The translations under genes and the position numbers were made by a program. Below are positions 60,515 to 64,000 of a stretch of 64,000 nucleotides of DNA, piece after piece (the stretch's first letter is position 1; each line of letters starts with the position of its first letter). The stretch is from Nemertoderma westbladi (lineage: Eukaryota; Animalia; Xenacoelomorpha), in the NCBI GenBank assembly GCA_032718475.1, contig JAUCBJ010005891.1:1-64000 (forward strand), read 5' to 3'. The notes below the pieces were generated by a model. That model saw nothing but the letters and a program-made list of their open reading frames with translations. It was not told where the DNA came from and did not search any database.

Positions 60515-61142
60515 CATTTATTATAAGAAGGGATCTAGGGGTCTTAACCTCGAATGATAAGTTTATTTTACCGAAAATAACTTATCTTTTATTGGCGCAA
60601 TTGTAGGACTAATCCCATCACATGCGTACTTTTTAACCAGGTAGTGTACAAATTTAGGAATCGCGTAATTTTTCTTGAAATTAATATCTCATATCTCTCC
60701 AAACCACGTACGCGTTTCGACCGTACTGTGTCTCATCAGCGTGGAAGCCGAGACTACAACCACTAGGCCACAGGTTCTTGAGATATGGAGTATTAATTTC
60801 AAAGACAGCTGCCATTTTATTAGCCCTGATTTTTTATTATTGATGGTAACAATGTGTTGGCAAGCTGTATTTTTCGAGATGTTTGTTATACATTTATTAT
60901 AAGAAGGGATCTAGGGGTCTTAACCTCGAATGATAAGTTTATTTTACCGAAAATAACTTATCTTTTATTGGCGCAATTGTAGGACTAATCCCATCACATG
61001 CGTACTTTTTAACCGGGTAGTGTACAAATTTAGGAATCGCGTAATCTTTCTTGAAATTAATATGAAGCCTTCTTATAATAAATGTATAATAACAAACACC
61101 TCGATAAATACACCTTGCCAACACATTGTTACTATCAATAAT
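60515..61142 (-). mobile_element. Hammerhead-bearing non-autonomous PLE/retrozyme-like insertion
   Basis: Direct repeats of about 170 bp (60515-60686, 60891-61062) bracket the hammerhead; 61068-61142 is an inverted copy of about 60836-60908. Confidence 0.65.
60704..60744 (-). ncRNA. Minimal type I hammerhead ribozyme motif
   Basis: Reverse strand reads CCACG-CUGAUGA-GAC(acaguacg)GUC-GAAA-CGCG-UA-CGUGG; core and stems I and II are perfect, stem III is the palindrome ACGCGU. Confidence 0.88.
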
Positions 61143-61457
61143 GCACCAGACGTACTGCAGTTATTCTTCAACTATTAGACTATTAGAAAGCTGGCTATGC
61201 AAGATCTGATTTTCGTGGAAAAATAGATCGTTGTAATATCAGTGGAGACACTGACACACCTAGTAAGGAAGAGGGAGGTGAATCCTGTTTACTAGTTCAA
61301 ATTTGGGGGGTTGGGGGGGGGGGGGGGGGGGGGGGTTAAAAAATATAAATGTTGTAATTCCTTTTTATTTGTAATTTCATCAGCCTATCTCAGGAAATGT
61401 TCGTTTTAACGATGTATTTGTTCCGTATATACATTGATTGTATGTTTTCATCCGCAG

Positions 61458-61865
61458 GGCTTTCGAACGCACCCTGGAATCGATGCAGGCGGATATCGTA
61501 TCTTTGGAGCGCGAGAAACAGGAACTGCGAACCAAACTCTCCAACATGTCTAAGAAGACTTTGTTGGAAGGCCTTGCGCGGCACTCCGGGATGTCCCCGG
61601 CCGTCTCCGCGGGCTCTAAGAGCTCCATCGGGTCGCTGTTCCCGTTGCCCCCGGGGGACGTCGTCACGGTTCGGGACTCCCCGATGCTGCTCCAACAGCT
61701 GGAGGCCACCCAGCTGGCGTTGGGCCGGGTGCGGGGAGAGGTCGCACAGCTGAAGGGCCGCGGATTGGTGGAGGTACTGAAGGGATTAGCGCCGCTGTCA
61801 GTGCCCAACAAACCTTCGGGTTACGGGACCGGGTACGGGGCCGTTCGGTTGCCATCGCTACCAAG
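61458..61865 (+). CDS. DCTN1: DCTN1 exon (AFERTLESMQADI...DSPMLLQQ...LPSLP)
   Basis: Matches EFEETMDALQADI and DSPLLLQQ; gcag / gtgagt. Confidence 0.94.
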
Positions 61866-62127
61866 GTGAGTAAACAATGCTCAGTGTAGCTCATTGTGCA
61901 GAGCGGTGGGCTTCCAATCGTAAATTGTAAAATCGTAAAATTGTACAATCGTAAAATCGGATTATTGCAGGATGTTTTTGTGATATTTTTTTTATATGGT
62001 TAAATGTTATGCAACACGGCAAAATATCTTAATTTCGGTCTCTTGAATCGACCAACGATAATAATATCTTCTACTTTTTTTATCGAATATTTCTTATTAA
62101 ATAATATTTTACTTAAATTATTTTTAG

Positions 62128-62233
62128 TTTGTCTTCAGTGGATGAATCTGGGACGCCCTCTGGCGGTAGTTTGCGTAGAAAGGAAGGCGACGAATTGCTG
62201 CGACTAATGAAGCAGGCAAACATATTGGATTTA
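62128..62233 (+). CDS. DCTN1: DCTN1 exon (LSSVDESG...MKQANILDL)
   Basis: tttttag acceptor restores phase 2; gttagt donor. Confidence 0.8.
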
Positions 62234-62421
62234 GTTAGTTTATTCTAAAATATAATTCGCTAAAATAAAACAATATATATACGTTGGAGGGTAAATATAA
62301 AATAAATAATCAACTCATTTTAATGGTTAATTTTTAATGAAGTTCCTACCGATTTCATTATTTCATTATTAGTATTTTAATGTTATTTGTTTCCATGGTT
62401 ACACGCAATATTGTTTCTCAG

Positions 62422-62562
62422 GAAATCCAACGCCTTATGGCGACACGTCATGTGGTCGATATAACCGGAAGTAAGTCTGGAATGGTTGCCCCGACAACGA
62501 TGGCGGGTCCCAGGAGACAGGAAATGGAGAGAGAAGAACATTTACAGCGGGTCTCTAGGAAG
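62422..62562 (+). CDS. DCTN1: DCTN1 exon (EIQRLMATRHVVDITG...RVSRK)
   Basis: HVVDIT motif; ctcag / gttagt. Confidence 0.92.
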
Positions 62563-63530
62563 GTTAGTCTGGTTACTAGGCAACGAGCGGGTCTCTATGA
62601 AGGTTAGTCTGGTTACTAGGCAACGAGCGGGTCTCTATGAAGGTTAGTCTGGTTACTAGGCAACGAGCGGGTCTCTAGGAAGGTTAGTCTGGTTACTAGG
62701 CAACTGGCGGGTCTCTATGAAGGTTAGTCTGGTTACTAGACAACGAGCGGGTCTCTAGGAAGGTTAGTCTGGTTACTAGGCAACCTACGGGTCTCTAGGA
62801 AGGTTAGTCTGGTTACTAGGCAACGAGCGGGTCTCTATGAAGGTTAGTCTGGTTACTAGGCAACGAGCGGGTCTCTATGAAGGTTAGTCTGGTTACTAGG
62901 CAACTGGCGGGTCTCTATGAAGGTTAGTCTGGTTACTAGGCAACTGGCGGGTCTCTATGAAGGTTAGTCTGGTTACTAGGCAACCTGCGGGTCTCTAGGA
63001 AGGTTAGTCTGGTTACTAGGCAAGCTACGGGTCTCTAGGAAGGTTAGTCTGGTTACTAGGCAACGAGCGCGTCTCTAGGAAGGTTAGTCTGGTTACTAGG
63101 CAACGAGCGGGTCTCTATGAAGGTTAGTCTGGTTACTAGGCAACTGGCGGGTCTCTATGAAGGTTAGTCTGGTTACTAGGCAACCTGCGGGTCTCTAGGA
63201 AGGTTAGTCTGGTTACTAGGCAAGCTACGGGTCTCTAGGAAGGTTAGTCTGGTTACTAGGCAAGCTACGGGTCTCTAGGAAGGTTAGTCTGGTTACTAGG
63301 CAACGAGCGCGTCTCTAGGAAGGTTAGTCTGGTTACTAGGCAACTGGCGGGTCTCTATGAAGGTTAGTCTGGTTACTAGGCAACTGGCGGGTCTCTATGA
63401 AGGTTAGTCTGGTTACTAGGCAACCTGCGGGTCTCTAGGAAGGTTAGTCTGGTTACTAGGCAAGCTACGGGTCTCTAGGAAGGTTAGTCTGGTTACTAGG
63501 CAACGAGCGCGTCTCTAGGAAGGTTAGTCT
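62547..63530 (+). repeat. 40-bp splice-donor-spanning tandem repeat (about 24.5 copies)
   Basis: gcgggtctctaggaag|gttagtctggttactaggcaacga. Confidence 0.97.
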
Positions 63531-63624
63531 CAGTCTATTTATTATTTATCTGTAAAACTGGATCTGTAGATAGTTATCCTGTTTTAACCTGTTTAAGTTA
63601 TCCTGTTTGGATTTGTTGTCTTAG

Positions 63625-63729
63625 GTTGCCCAGTTACAGACTAAAGCTCACATGTTATTGGCTCATCTTAAACCCGGTTCTACAATATCAACTCCATTAA
63701 CACAGTTTGTGATCCCACAGTTTAATAAA
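63625..63729 (+). CDS. DCTN1: DCTN1 exon (VAQLQTKA...KPGSTISTPLTQFVIPQFNK)
   Basis: Similar to RPGATVPTDFATFPSSAF; cttag / gtgagt. Confidence 0.88.
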
Positions 63730-63973
63730 GTGAGTTCCTACTGGATATGGCTAGTTCAACTTCATTTATTTACAATTACCAATTAATTAATTGTATTTAA
63801 TAATGTGTTTTAAATTATTTGTCCGTTAAGATATAAATAACTTATATTGTAATGTTTCATTTTGACATTCATAATATTATTACAAACTTGCAACATTACT
63901 TGACTACAATGAATAGGATATGCCATGGTAATATAAAGTGATTTCCTTATATTTCTCATATATATTTACTTAG

Positions 63974-64000
63974 GCGATACAAGAAGACAGCCTCGAACCT
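63974..64000 (+). CDS. DCTN1: Start of probable last DCTN1 exon (AIQEDSLEP), cut by the window edge
   Basis: cttag acceptor, phase 0; position equivalent to AKEEQQDD. Confidence 0.7.

Larger units (their letters stand above)
887..64000 (+). other. DCTN1: Dynactin subunit 1 (p150Glued) gene span, 23 exons visible, incomplete at both ends
   Basis: Spliced translation follows p150 collinearly ([82 protein letters not shown]). All junctions are GT-AG and phases are compatible. Confidence 0.97.

Noticed and set aside
6782-61335. Numerous poly-C and poly-G runs
   Set aside because: Scattered homopolymers, common in invertebrate introns and repeat remnants; no consistent position.
62139-62233. Acceptor at cttcag (62138)
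   Set aside because: Gives an immediate stop after the phase-2 upstream exon; the tttag at 62127 keeps the frame.

Overview
AT-rich, repeat-dense animal genomic DNA. The + strand carries a 23-exon stretch of the dynactin p150 gene (DCTN1/Glued) across the whole window; the CAP-Gly N-terminus and the final codons lie outside it. I traced the exons by hand with GT-AG junctions and consistent phases. An intronless SLC4 anion-exchanger-like gene is nested antisense in a 23-kb DCTN1 intron. The introns hold Penelope-like (PLE) and RTE retroelements, tRNA-derived SINEs, MITEs and many minisatellites. Most notable: (1) four tandem arrays whose unit starts inside an exon and copies its 5' splice donor about 8-25 times, plus one array built from a 3' acceptor; (2) three minimal type I hammerhead ribozyme motifs, one sitting between the A and B boxes of a tRNA-like element; (3) a 9-kb, 36-bp satellite apparently amplified from a SINE tail, with a cUUCGg hairpin in most units; (4) a PLE/RTE chimeric inverted insertion. 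No database searches were run; family calls rest on recalled motifs.
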